Source: an uncultured Candidatus Poseidoniales archaeon (GTDB taxonomy: Archaea > Thermoplasmatota > Poseidoniia > Poseidoniales > CAYMED01). From it: 64,000 nt of DNA. The stretch is taken from contig CAYMED010000002.1 in NCBI GenBank assembly GCA_964389655.1, positions 1-64,000 of the forward strand, written 5' to 3'. The translations under genes and the position numbers were made by a program. Below the pieces are notes generated by a model, which had not been told where the DNA came from, did not search any database, and saw nothing but the letters and a program-made list of their open reading frames with translations. Positions 31,769 to 41,953 of this stretch are shown one piece after another (the stretch's first letter is position 1; every line of letters starts with the position of its first letter).

Positions 31769-32155
31769 ATGTTTTCTTCCCCATTTTTTTTCAAGAATCT
31801 TTCCTAATTCATCATCATGTTTTGCATCCCACCAATTTGCTCCTTTCCAAATAGCATATCTCCCCCTTATTCCTCTAATATCTGCGCCGTCAAATAAGCA
31901 ATTTCGGAAGTTTGCTAAATTCATTTTTGCTTTTCTCAAATCAGCCCCGCGAAAATCACAATCTTCAAAATCACCTTTCATCAAATCCGCCCCCACCATT
32001 GATGTATGGCTAAAATCACTTCCCTCAAATTCCCCTTCTGTCAGATCAGCCCCGTCAAGAATCGCTCTTCGAAAATTTGAGTAGGGGTGTTTTCCCTTAC
32101 GGAGAATGGTGTTTTTTTTACCACGAAATGACCAATCTAGATGTTCTACGCTCAT
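31754..32155 (-). CDS. Pentapeptide repeat protein
   Basis: SNFRR AILDG ADLTE GEFEG SDFSH TSMVG ADLMK GDFED CDFRG ADLRK AKMNL ANFRN... Confidence 0.92.
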   Translation of the reverse strand: MSVEHLDWSFRGKKNTILRKGKHPYSNFRRAILDGADLTEGEFEGSDFSHTSMVGADLMKGDFEDCDFRGADLRKAKMNLANFRNCLFDGADIRGIRGRYAIWKGANWWDAKHDDELGKILEKKWGRKHSGIE

Positions 32156-32170
32156 TATTTTCGCCTAATT

Positions 32171-32656
32171 CTATCGTAATGATTTGAGATGTTGAATACC
32201 CGCATCGCTAACTTTTGCCCACCGATTTCGTTGTCCCTCTCCTTCTGGAAGTTCCACATATCCCTTTTCATGCAATCTATTCACATAGAGGCTGATGTTG
32301 GATGGTGCGGCCACGCCCGCATCTTCAATGAGTTGTTGAATCATTCTAGGTGGAATTTCGGAGTGAAGATCATCTTCGCGGAGGATGTGGATGGCTGATA
32401 GAATTTGATCAACTCTTTTCTCAACGCGATAATCTTTCAAGAAGGCCATCAATGCCCTTCCCCGTGCAGTAGAACCTCCTCCCGTCTTTGCATTTTCAAT
32501 CGCTTTTTCGACAACATCCCGCAAAGAATCAATTGCCTCATCCCAACTCCCATCATGGCGCGCAGCCTCAATCCCTTCCTCAACAACTTCTTGGTCACCT
32601 TCAATATTGATCTCAAATCCAGTTCCAGAAAGGACAACCTTCCACTCCTCTTCCAT
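32171..32656 (-). CDS. Hypothetical protein with probable C-terminal winged helix
   Basis: P.NISLYVNRL.EKGYV......W.KVSDAGIQHL wHTH-like pattern. Confidence 0.7.
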   Translation of the reverse strand: MEEEWKVVLSGTGFEINIEGDQEVVEEGIEAARHDGSWDEAIDSLRDVVEKAIENAKTGGGSTARGRALMAFLKDYRVEKRVDQILSAIHILREDDLHSEIPPRMIQQLIEDAGVAAPSNISLYVNRLHEKGYVELPEGEGQRNRWAKVSDAGIQHLKSLR

Positions 32657-32768
32657 TCAATCCCCACTCTTCGGCCGCCGGCGCGGGATTCAAGCATTCC
32701 TGTTGGTGCTCAAATGACAATTCCACCCCGAACCTTCAAGTTGACATCCAATTGAATCGACCCGCTCC

Positions 32769-35700
32769 ATGGTGCCTACCCACCACCCAACCCGCGACTT
32801 GCGTAGCGTCAGCGCCGTCCTTATTCTCTTAATTTTCTCAATATTGCCCATTACTGTGAGTGGTGGCTCGACACAATCCCGCTCTGCTAACGGGAACATC
32901 AGCGTTTGGGAAAATAATACCACCATCATGGACATAGAACTGAATGGTTCTACAGAAAACACATCCCTATCTATTGAAATTCCCCGAAACACAACTGTGA
33001 TTGATGCGACCTTTGATTTAACTGTCAATGGCTCTAAAGGTGACCTTGGAGAACTTTCTCTAGATGTGGGGAGTGATGGGATCAATGAGTGGTGGTGGAA
33101 TGCCTCATTACTTGGGTCCCTCGGGAATCTTGATCGGTTTGCAGATGGCTCGAATCAATCAAGTACATGGGTTGGAAACGGAAAAAATACTGCAGCAAAT
33201 ATCCGAATACCACAAGGTGCCATATTGGATGACTTCAACGTTGACCTTTCCCTTGAATCGAATTTTACAGGAGGGGCGGTGCCAGTATCTTCCCATATCA
33301 AGAATTTGATCTCAGGAGACCTCTCAAATGACTCACACATAGATGCAGCAATCCATGTTGTGGACCATACATTTAATCTTGGAGCAAGCACTTGGAAACA
33401 AGATGCAATATTATACATAAATAGCTCAAAAAAACCACAAACAGGCGCATCTTTAGCATTTGAAACAATAGGTATTTGTAATGGCTCTGATATTGTACAC
33501 ATCGATAATTTGACTGGTGATGCTAGAGCAGAGATCATCGCCTTCAATACCACAGATAGTTGGGCCTGTATACATACGTTCAATTCAGGGGTTGGCTGGA
33601 ATCTATTGGCCAATACCTCAATTCCATCCCTCACAATCAGTACTGCTTTGTTCGATTGGGATATGGACGGGGGTGTCGAGATATTACTAGGAACTGCTTC
33701 GGTTTCAGGAGGAGGGGGGGGCTATACAAACAACCTTCATGCCCTTGTTTGGGATGCGCCTAGCAGCAGCTTTTCCATCCTTGCTTCTGCACTTGCAGAT
33801 CATACAAATTCCACATCTGCAACAATGGTAACTGGAATAAGTGTTGGAATGTTTCATCCACCACAACCCTCAATTGCAGTCTCTTCAGCAAATGGCCGAA
33901 CTAGGTTCTATAATTTCTCATTAACAATGATTATGCCTGGGGGCACACTTTCAGGTGCATTTGGCCTACCTCTTGATGGTGATTTATTTCTAGAGTGCAT
34001 CAATGGCCCAATGACCCCCGTTGATCTAGACAATGATGGTGATCACGATTTAATTGGCCAAAGCGCAGTTGGTGCGTGTATGGCCGTTATTCATGATACC
34101 TCATCAATTCAAACAAACACAACTGCGTTTTCATTCGCTAATGCGACTTACCTTGACTATGATAATGATGGTGTTATTGAAGCATTGGCGCCCTTTGAAG
34201 GGACTCCCGATGGAAATCCTGCAACCAACAATGGTTCTATCAAAATATATCAGGTATCGCAGAGTGGTTTTATCCCAGACTCCCCATCGAACCGGACACC
34301 AGTATCTGCCCCTAGAGATATTATATTGGCAGACGCGAATGGTGATGGTTCACTTGAGCACGTATTGCTTGCCGGCGAGCCCACCGGAATTTCAGTGGCG
34401 GCTTGGCAGTCATTTGGCCTCGATCTCAATTCTGATGGTTCTATTGACGTTTCAACAACAGGGTATGCAAGTATTACAAATAACCTGAGCATAAATATTT
34501 CAGGCTTGGCACCGGACATTTTGCAGGACCATTTTAGCAACCTCACATATACAAAAGGTGATTATGGAATTATGGCTGCTACCCTCCCACTTTCCCTCAT
34601 TAACCCCCCCGCGGGAAAGGTTTACGCGACCAACTTGAGTTCCGCATACTTATCTAAATTCACAGTTGAATTAAATCCTGGTGCGACCATTAATTTAGCA
34701 ACCGCACTGAATCTTGAAATGGAGTTAGGCACTGGAAATATGTCCATCCCTCTGCCCCTAAATTCCACATCACCCGGTTGGATTACAGCAAACGCCCTTC
34801 AATTATCTTGGAAAGTTGGGCCCCCCCCAAGCCTCATGATACCCCCGGCCCCATCCATCTCTATTGTTTTGAATGACTGGAATATTACTGGCATTGAGTG
34901 GACACCCTTCAATCAATCCACCGCGCCTAATATCACCTTACAGTACTATGAAATCCAACGCTGGAACCGCTCATCCGACCATGTCGAGACATATCTCCGT
35001 TCCGGGACAAATATTTCAGGAATCCCTGCAAACCCGGAAACCAACTTTTCAGTGAGAATACGTTATGGCTTTATTGGCATTAACAGCAATTGGTCAAATT
35101 GGATTGATTATCAAACACCTTCAATGCCCGACCTCGTAGCACCGGCACCTGTTGTCATTACTGGATTTTTCGACCGCCCATCAGATTCAGGGGGCCACCT
35201 TGTGGTTACTTGGTTACGAGCAACAGAGGGTGATGCAAACTTCTATCATTTCTATGTGCAGGACAATGTATCTAATTTGTCTAATCTCTCCCTTTTACAG
35301 CCCGTGTCATCCCTTAATCATTCAATCAATTCCACATCGATGATACTCAACCATACTAGTGCGGTATTGGATAGCAATGGAACTACAATTCAGGTAGCTT
35401 CACCAATTGTTGATGGAATTGACTATTATGTTGTGATGATCGTAAATGATACTAGCAATAATGTCAACTTAAATGCATTAGCATTTGGACCTGCAACATC
35501 TCTGAAGAATCCAGTCATTACTCAACTCAATATGACGTCTTCCCTAATACATAACCGATCGGGAAATGTTAGTGACAATATTTGGCTCCAACACGGGGAA
35601 GAAATCACGCTGACCTATCATGTTGATCGAGATGGTAAAAGTAATGCGTCAGTTCCCATTTCTATAAAATATTCATCTTATTGGAATAATACAACCACGG

Positions 35701-37631
35701 ATTCATTTGGAAATGCCTCGGTTATCATCAACAGCACTCAATTACCGCCAGGACTTATTCACGTTGAAGCGTCCATTCTAGATACTCAAAGTACGGATTC
35801 AAATCGGTTAATTTTTGGTGCTTGGTCGAATGTAACTTTAGACCACACAATATCAGTCTCCATGACATCACCCAATATGTCGGGAATTTATCTTTCCCCA
35901 GTTATAGGTTCAACCCACGACCTTCAATTAACACCTTCAATCATTTCTGCTCAGAATTATTTATCTGGCATTCAAGCATTGATCCATTGGAAAGATCAGA
36001 ATGGCTACAACCACACATTATCGCCGTTGTTTAATTCACTTGGGCACGTTTCTGTGGCCATACCTAGCAATGCACGTGGCGTCCTTACCTCCTCAATTAG
36101 TTCCCCGCCTTGGTTAATTGTAAATCCTTCAAATATTTCGATTACATTGACAGAACCAATAACTGCTACCCTTTCCCCACTTTCACTTTCATGTGTCCCA
36201 GATCCATGGAAGCCCGATCACGCATCATCGGGTTCTGGCAAGTCACTTGCATGCACGGTTTCAAATCCGAATATGTATGATGTTGAAGTATCTTGGACAA
36301 CGACCACCACCCTTCCCCTTTCCCTTCCATCTCCAACGATAATTGGCCCCGGAAAATCCATTCTCAAAGTACTAACCCTTACACTCCCTGCAGAGGGCCT
36401 TCCAAACACTCAAGTGGGCCAACAAATTGACGTAGTTCTTACATTGCAGTCTTCTGCTATTGACCACTATGATCTCTATCAAAATCACACGATATCCCTT
36501 ATTCCCCAGCCCACAATTCTAACGGCCCCAATTCTGACGTGCCCATCTAGCATGGTAAGTAATGGATCTGAAAATCACCCCAATTCAACCATAACTTGTG
36601 CGCTTGAAAACCCCAATTCAGTTCGAATAACTGTATTAATCAACCACACGCTTTCAGGAGACATTCAATTTTACAAACAATCACCTTCGGCGAACTCTAC
36701 GATCATACCGGCTGGAAAAACGATTGATCTCAAGTTTAGGTATTTCTCATTGACCGCCACAAATGACACATCTGGGTCCGCCGAGATTTCTATCCATGCA
36801 AATTCAGATGGTTGGGGTGGTATCGCATCATTTTCCAATATATCTCTTCAGATAGTGGTTGCAAAAGAGACTCTGTCTGATGCGGCTGACGAATTAGATA
36901 ATGAATCAACCCCATCTAATCAAACAGTTGTGGTAGATCAAAATGTAACGATAGATGATCCGAATCTTAGTAATTCTACGGACTCAATTGCAGCTGAAAC
37001 GAATGACACCTCAAATACAAGTGCTGATGCAACCTTGTCTTTAATATCACCCACTTCAAAGTCCTCAGCAATGTTTGCGTTTGGTGGTTTTGGGGCAATT
37101 TTCGTATCGATGATCCTTTTATCTCGCTTAATCACAGCAGACCGAGAAGTAGATGAGGATGATGATGAATTAATTGAAGGAAGTAATTGGGATGAATTTA
37201 GTCAAATCGATGATGTGGTTCGGCATTCCCTTACCTTAGATGATGCTAAATCCTCTGTTCCTTTATCTAGCCAAGCAACAGGAGTCACCATGGCCTCTCC
37301 AAAGGAGACCGCTAGAAGTCGGCTTGCTTTCCGCCGAGGAAATGATGTTACTGATGAACCAGACCCATCTTTGGAACACAAAGATGGGGGGTTGGAAAAT
37401 GAATGGTCAGAGGAAGAATCCGAAGGTGAATGGTCAGAGGAAGAATCCGAAGGTGAATGGTCAGAGGAAGAATCCGAAGGTGAATGGTCAGAGGAAGAAT
37501 CCGGTTCAGATGAGGATGGTATCACTGTAGATGAAGACGGCGTCGAATGGTGGGAAGACGAAGATGGACAGTGGTATTTCCGAGATCAAGACATGGATGA
37601 TTGGGAATTATTTGAGGATGATGATTCATGA
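32769..37631 (+). CDS. Large membrane-anchored surface protein: FG-GAP/VCBS repeats, FN3-like and Ig-like domains, TM, acidic cytoplasmic tail
   Basis: Signal peptide. GDLSNDSHIDAA, DWDMDGGVEIL, DLDNDGDHDLI, DYDNDGVIE, DANGDGSLE repeats, FN3-like W...Y.I...VRIR....SNWS, TM near aa 1440, tail ending WWEDEDGQWYFR. Confidence 0.85.
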   Translation: MVPTHHPTRDLRSVSAVLILLIFSILPITVSGGSTQSRSANGNISVWENNTTIMDIELNGSTENTSLSIEIPRNTTVIDATFDLTVNGSKGDLGELSLDVGSDGINEWWWNASLLGSLGNLDRFADGSNQSSTWVGNGKNTAANIRIPQGAILDDFNVDLSLESNFTGGAVPVSSHIKNLISGDLSNDSHIDAAIHVVDHTFNLGASTWKQDAILYINSSKKPQTGASLAFETIGICNGSDIVHIDNLTGDARAEIIAFNTTDSWACIHTFNSGVGWNLLANTSIPSLTISTALFDWDMDGGVEILLGTASVSGGGGGYTNNLHALVWDAPSSSFSILASALADHTNSTSATMVTGISVGMFHPPQPSIAVSSANGRTRFYNFSLTMIMPGGTLSGAFGLPLDGDLFLECINGPMTPVDLDNDGDHDLIGQSAVGACMAVIHDTSSIQTNTTAFSFANATYLDYDNDGVIEALAPFEGTPDGNPATNNGSIKIYQVSQSGFIPDSPSNRTPVSAPRDIILADANGDGSLEHVLLAGEPTGISVAAWQSFGLDLNSDGSIDVSTTGYASITNNLSINISGLAPDILQDHFSNLTYTKGDYGIMAATLPLSLINPPAGKVYATNLSSAYLSKFTVELNPGATINLATALNLEMELGTGNMSIPLPLNSTSPGWITANALQLSWKVGPPPSLMIPPAPSISIVLNDWNITGIEWTPFNQSTAPNITLQYYEIQRWNRSSDHVETYLRSGTNISGIPANPETNFSVRIRYGFIGINSNWSNWIDYQTPSMPDLVAPAPVVITGFFDRPSDSGGHLVVTWLRATEGDANFYHFYVQDNVSNLSNLSLLQPVSSLNHSINSTSMILNHTSAVLDSNGTTIQVASPIVDGIDYYVVMIVNDTSNNVNLNALAFGPATSLKNPVITQLNMTSSLIHNRSGNVSDNIWLQHGEEITLTYHVDRDGKSNASVPISIKYSSYWNNTTTDSFGNASVIINSTQLPPGLIHVEASILDTQSTDSNRLIFGAWSNVTLDHTISVSMTSPNMSGIYLSPVIGSTHDLQLTPSIISAQNYLSGIQALIHWKDQNGYNHTLSPLFNSLGHVSVAIPSNARGVLTSSISSPPWLIVNPSNISITLTEPITATLSPLSLSCVPDPWKPDHASSGSGKSLACTVSNPNMYDVEVSWTTTTTLPLSLPSPTIIGPGKSILKVLTLTLPAEGLPNTQVGQQIDVVLTLQSSAIDHYDLYQNHTISLIPQPTILTAPILTCPSSMVSNGSENHPNSTITCALENPNSVRITVLINHTLSGDIQFYKQSPSANSTIIPAGKTIDLKFRYFSLTATNDTSGSAEISIHANSDGWGGIASFSNISLQIVVAKETLSDAADELDNESTPSNQTVVVDQNVTIDDPNLSNSTDSIAAETNDTSNTSADATLSLISPTSKSSAMFAFGGFGAIFVSMILLSRLITADREVDEDDDELIEGSNWDEFSQIDDVVRHSLTLDDAKSSVPLSSQATGVTMASPKETARSRLAFRRGNDVTDEPDPSLEHKDGGLENEWSEEESEGEWSEEESEGEWSEEESEGEWSEEESGSDEDGITVDEDGVEWWEDEDGQWYFRDQDMDDWELFEDDDS
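37401..37503 (+). repeat. Perfect 27-bp coding tandem repeat x3.8 (EWSEEESEG)
   Basis: gaatggtcagaggaagaatccgaaggt at 37401, 37428 and 37455, partial at 37482. Confidence 0.97.
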
Positions 37632-38383
37632 CAATTTCAGAAAAAAGCGGCCGTTATTCACTTGCCCTTCATTCAGGGGATTCAGAATACAGTAAAGGTG
37701 GAATTGCAATAGCGGGATTTAGCACAGTAGGCATGGTGGGCGTGATCTCCACCAGCCACATTATTCGTTCTCTTGATTTGAGCCACGATGGTAGTGTATT
37801 AGATACAAAATTCCCTGCGATTGCCCTCGTCCATGATCATGTCCCAAAGCATCCCGTTCGAGTCCATAGGGGTGACGGGATTGGAGTATTTACTGCAGAG
37901 ATTCAGTTTCCCCCAGAACGGGATGTGGAATTCGCCAATACCGTGCTCGAATGGTTTTCAAGATGCGGATATTCTCGCCTTTTCGTGATTGATGGGCTTG
38001 TCCGCCAAAATTCAACCATCGATTCAGGCGGGCTTTTTGCAGTTGCATCTAGTTCCGAATCTCGCACAGAACTCAATGAACATGAAATTGAACAAATCCA
38101 GCAAGGAGTTGTAGCCGGCATCCCAGGCCACCTTCTTTCGGAAGGAGATCGGCTTGGTATGGATGTTATTGCCTTACTTCCCGAGTGTAACCCAATGTAT
38201 CCCGACGCCCGCGCTTCAGCCTCAGCAATTCAAGCATTTTCATCCCTTTCGGGTATCAATATTGCTCTAGACGACCTTTTGGCAGACGCACACCAGATTG
38301 AAGAAAGTGTTCGAGAAGTATTTGACCGCGCCCAGTCGATGTTACCTAGTAGTGCCAATGAACAAGACCCTATGGTGGGTTAA
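37628..38383 (+). CDS. PAC2-family proteasome assembly chaperone (copy 2)
   Basis: AGFSTVGMVGVIST.HII.SL, HPVRV, GIPGHLL.EG, YPDARAS. Confidence 0.88.
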   Translation: MTISEKSGRYSLALHSGDSEYSKGGIAIAGFSTVGMVGVISTSHIIRSLDLSHDGSVLDTKFPAIALVHDHVPKHPVRVHRGDGIGVFTAEIQFPPERDVEFANTVLEWFSRCGYSRLFVIDGLVRQNSTIDSGGLFAVASSSESRTELNEHEIEQIQQGVVAGIPGHLLSEGDRLGMDVIALLPECNPMYPDARASASAIQAFSSLSGINIALDDLLADAHQIEESVREVFDRAQSMLPSSANEQDPMVG

Positions 38384-38386
38384 GAA

Positions 38387-38773
38387 TTGATACAAAAGCA
38401 ATGGGAGACCCTGCAACTCCCACTTTTTGTATTTTCAGTGTTCTTTTTCCTGCACATCATTGCCGCCTCTCTTGACTTTGAAATAATGTTTCGCTTTGCA
38501 GTAACAATGACTGGACTTATTTCCCTTCTTTTCCCAAATTTAATCGCCCAAATATCAGAAAACTCTTCACACACACCTCTGGAAAAAAGAACATCTATTC
38601 TTTATTCTATGATCATTTCAATAATACTTGTCGGTGGTTGGGGTTGGGCTTACGCTGGACGCACGTTTGTCAAATGGATTGTCCCCCTTGTTTGTACCCC
38701 CCTTGCAATTGGTTGTACAATTCTCATTTCAGATGAAGTCACCAACCGTTTTTTGGGGTTATCAAATGAGTGA
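38387..38773 (+). CDS. Small hypothetical membrane protein
   Basis: Four hydrophobic segments in an operon-like position. Confidence 0.6.
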   Translation: MIQKQWETLQLPLFVFSVFFFLHIIAASLDFEIMFRFAVTMTGLISLLFPNLIAQISENSSHTPLEKRTSILYSMIISIILVGGWGWAYAGRTFVKWIVPLVCTPLAIGCTILISDEVTNRFLGLSNE

Positions 38774-39242
38774 TGATGCTCGAGATTTTTTACGCCATCT
38801 AGTCACATCAACGAGAAACTTGAGTCCAGTTGAGATGGCAGACCGGCATGAGAAGGCCATTGCAGAAATCCGGAAGGGGTTTGGTCACGTAGCTCTTCGA
38901 GATGGTGAACCTCTCGGTGGTACGGTGTGGTCTCCAAAGATACGCTGGCACATTTCAGGTGATCTTGCGCACATCTTTGTAGATGTTCGGCATTTAGATC
39001 AAACAGGCGTTGGCCTTGAGATTGAAGATTCCATAGCGCACCTTCACCTTAAACGCAAATTAGAGCGCGTGCTGGAGGATCAAAAATTGATGGAAACCTC
39101 AGAAACCATCAATCGTCGGATTGATCTTGGGCGCCCCATCATCGTCAATGATGTAAAAGCAACAGTAGATAATGGTGTTTTGCACATACAGTGTCCATTA
39201 GTAGATCTCCGGGGAACTCCAGTTTCCATTACTTGGGATTGA
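38766..39242 (+). CDS. Hsp20/alpha-crystallin family protein (divergent)
   Basis: R.IDL......VKATVDNGVLHI signature. ATG at 38766. Confidence 0.7.
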   Translation: MSDDARDFLRHLVTSTRNLSPVEMADRHEKAIAEIRKGFGHVALRDGEPLGGTVWSPKIRWHISGDLAHIFVDVRHLDQTGVGLEIEDSIAHLHLKRKLERVLEDQKLMETSETINRRIDLGRPIIVNDVKATVDNGVLHIQCPLVDLRGTPVSITWD

Positions 39243-40641
39243 TGTTAGAAATATGTGAGGCCCCTTTAACCAACACCTTCCACGAAATGTCGGCATATAT
39301 TGCGGGTTTTGGGTGTCGAGCAAGACACGCACGCCCCCCCTCATTGCGTATCCATTCAACTAAACGGGATGGGGAGGGGGGGTGTGCTAGTTTGAGATGT
39401 GATGCTAAATCATCTACCGAATAGAGTAAATATCCTTCCTTGACTGCCGATAGACCCTCTAAACCACGCACTGATCGAAGAAGGGCAGCATTGTATTTCC
39501 ATACGTCCTTCGATGTAAGTTCAGCTTCGTTGACTAAATCTCCATCTTGCTCCATCCTCAATAATTCAATTGAATCAGGTTCAAGCATTTGGCTAGAGGG
39601 CGCCAGATCTCCAATTTTGTGTTCAATCCCTTCTATCTTATTTGGCAAGAGGCCACATTGACTTATTACAAGTTCTTCATTGATTTCAAGCATGATTTCA
39701 GGCTCCCACAATGGTCCTGTCCAAAGCGGACCCGAAACCCTCTCATCAATGCAGGTAGGTGGATAGATCCAAGGGAGGAGAACCCGGTGGGGTGTTAGAT
39801 TTGATTCCCCGTTTTTAATTGGAATGATGGAATTTTTCATTTCTTCCCCATCCGGATTTGCAACCATCCACCCCATTGAATTGAATACTTCCCCCGCATT
39901 AGTTGGTGAATATCTCGTTCTTACTGTAGTACGGATGTGGTGCCCATCTACAATTGTAAGAATAGGCTCAATAATCCGGTCGTGCCTCGCAGCAGTAAGT
40001 GCTAGCCACCCGACTAGGATCCTTGCACCAGCATGATGGTTAATTCTGTCTCTCCTTGCGCGTGCCCCATATCTTCTAGCAAGTGCTTTCGCCGCAGCTC
40101 CGGTCAATGCAGCAGTATCAGTGGCACTTACCGAAACCACGCACGTTCGCCCTGCTCTTTGTAACAAAGGTTCAAGAAACGGAACCGGTGACCCAAAGGG
40201 GTCAATATCAATCCAGTCATAACCCCCGTCAAGACCCCGCCGAATATCAGCGCATTTCCACTCAATTTTTCCCTCTAAAGGCGGATATAGTGCATGAGTG
40301 GCTGCAGCCCATTCGATACTCTTTATGTCTATGTCAGTTGCAGTAATATGGATGCGCTCAGGTTCTGTTATTTCGTGCAAGATTCTCCTTGCCCTAAGGC
40401 CAGTTGCACACATCGCATCAAGCACTCGAAAAGGCCTTCCGATCTCTCCAATCTGATTAAGGTAGGCTTCCATAAGGAGAACAGTTCGAGTTCTTGATCC
40501 GGCCATTGCGGGATTGTAAAAAACGTGTTTATCTTTAGCAATTGGCCCTATTGCATTTGGAGATCCCCTTTTTTCCTTTGGAAGGCGAAAAAGAGTCCTT
40601 CCTTCAATTGCAGGTGTGCCGGGCCATCCACTATTGTTCAT
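39229..40641 (-). CDS. trm1: tRNA (guanine-26-N2)-dimethyltransferase
   Basis: VFYNPAM, LDAMCATGLRARR, IDIDPFGSPVPFL, VSATDTAAL.G, GPLWTGPL. Confidence 0.92.
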   Translation of the reverse strand: MNNSGWPGTPAIEGRTLFRLPKEKRGSPNAIGPIAKDKHVFYNPAMAGSRTRTVLLMEAYLNQIGEIGRPFRVLDAMCATGLRARRILHEITEPERIHITATDIDIKSIEWAAATHALYPPLEGKIEWKCADIRRGLDGGYDWIDIDPFGSPVPFLEPLLQRAGRTCVVSVSATDTAALTGAAAKALARRYGARARRDRINHHAGARILVGWLALTAARHDRIIEPILTIVDGHHIRTTVRTRYSPTNAGEVFNSMGWMVANPDGEEMKNSIIPIKNGESNLTPHRVLLPWIYPPTCIDERVSGPLWTGPLWEPEIMLEINEELVISQCGLLPNKIEGIEHKIGDLAPSSQMLEPDSIELLRMEQDGDLVNEAELTSKDVWKYNAALLRSVRGLEGLSAVKEGYLLYSVDDLASHLKLAHPPSPSRLVEWIRNEGGRACLARHPKPAIYADISWKVLVKGASHISNINPK

Positions 40642-40657
40642 GGCCCTTTCCTCATTA

Positions 40658-41752
40658 TTACATGGTTTCTAACATTCGCGTAGACAAGCCAGGATGCTCG
40701 ACAGAAGTACCGTTTTCCAAAATATGGCCCACAATTTGTGCATGCGGGCAACCATTATTGCGAACAAAATCAATTATTGCTGGGGCACTTAATTGTGCAA
40801 CAACCAGAACCATTCCCATGCCCATGTTGAATGTTCTCAAAGCTTCATCTCCTTCAATGCCCCCGATTTCAGTTAGCCATGTTGCTTCAGGAGGAGGGGG
40901 GATGGGATTGTCAATAACCCACGTGTGCTTTGATACCCTCATTAAATTCAACAATCCCCCCCCGGTAATATGAACAACCCCGTGTAAATCCTCCCATTGG
41001 ACAGAATTGCTATTTTCCCTTAATACATTGAATAAGGGCACTAATGGGTCGACATAAATCCGGGTGGGTTCTAGAAGAATGTCTATGAGATCTATAGAAC
41101 TACTTCTTTCCCTCCCCAGCCATTTTTGAGCAAATGGTGGGCTTGAATATAAGTCAATTTTATTTTCATTCAATACCGCCCTTACTAAACTATAGCCATT
41201 ACTATGGAAGCCACTAGATGGGAGCCCAATAATTACGTCCCCTTCTCCGATCTTTGATGTTTCAATTACTTTTTTTTTCGGAACCCTACCCAACGCAGTT
41301 CCAGAAAGGTCAATCATATTCACCAAATCAGGTAAACTTGCAGTTTCACCCCCACATAATGTGACTCTTGATAGGCGAGCGGCTTCGGATAAAGATGCAC
41401 CCAGCGCAGCATGGATTTCTTCATTAGGCTCTGGGGTTGCTATGTAATCAACGAAAGCGAGCGGTTCTGCGCCGCAGCAAAGTAAATCATTCACATTCAT
41501 TGCCATACAATCTATCCCAACCCCGCCCCAGCGATTGGACATTTCCGCCAACACCAATTTACTTCCGACCCCATCTGTGCAAATTGCTAATGCATCATCG
41601 CCATATTCGATCAATCCACTAAATCCCCCAGAAGCACCCATTGGGGCTCCGTAAGTCCCTTTTTCTCGTACAGATGACCCCAACGCCGAAATCAACGATG
41701 AGACCGCTTTTGCCTCTAGGCCGATATCCACGCCGGATGCGGCGTAATCCAT
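40658..41752 (-). CDS. purM: Phosphoribosylformylglycinamidine cyclo-ligase (AIR synthetase)
   Basis: DYAASGVDI, TDGVGSK, GIDCMAMNVND, GGETA, SSGFHSNGYSL, HITGGG, RTFNMGMG. ATG 41752. Confidence 0.96.
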   Translation of the reverse strand: MDYAASGVDIGLEAKAVSSLISALGSSVREKGTYGAPMGASGGFSGLIEYGDDALAICTDGVGSKLVLAEMSNRWGGVGIDCMAMNVNDLLCCGAEPLAFVDYIATPEPNEEIHAALGASLSEAARLSRVTLCGGETASLPDLVNMIDLSGTALGRVPKKKVIETSKIGEGDVIIGLPSSGFHSNGYSLVRAVLNENKIDLYSSPPFAQKWLGRERSSSIDLIDILLEPTRIYVDPLVPLFNVLRENSNSVQWEDLHGVVHITGGGLLNLMRVSKHTWVIDNPIPPPPEATWLTEIGGIEGDEALRTFNMGMGMVLVVAQLSAPAIIDFVRNNGCPHAQIVGHILENGTSVEHPGLSTRMLETM

Positions 41753-41802
41753 GATTTGGCTCGTGCCGCATTCAGGCCATAGCATATCCGATTATGAAGC
41801 TC

Positions 41803-41953
41803 CTTCAATTGGAATTATCTGCACTTGAAATACCGTGCATTAGTGTGGCCGAATCACAAATAGCACATGTGTCTTTAATGGAAGCGGAGGTGTGTGGAGT
41901 AAAGCAGAGTAAATGGGGCGCAATCACCTTATCTCCACTGGAAGGAAAGGGGT
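41803..41953 (+). promoter_or_regulatory. ORB-like (Orc1/Cdc6 origin recognition box) elements upstream of mcm
   Basis: TCCACTGGAAGGAAAGGGGT at 41934-41953 resembles the archaeal ORB with G-string. Mini-ORB-like CTGCACTTGAAAT (41819-31) and CTTCAATTGGAAT (41803-15). Confidence 0.5.

Noticed and set aside
37401-37503. 27-bp repeats as a CRISPR array
   Set aside because: The copies are directly adjacent with no spacers and lie in frame within a CDS.
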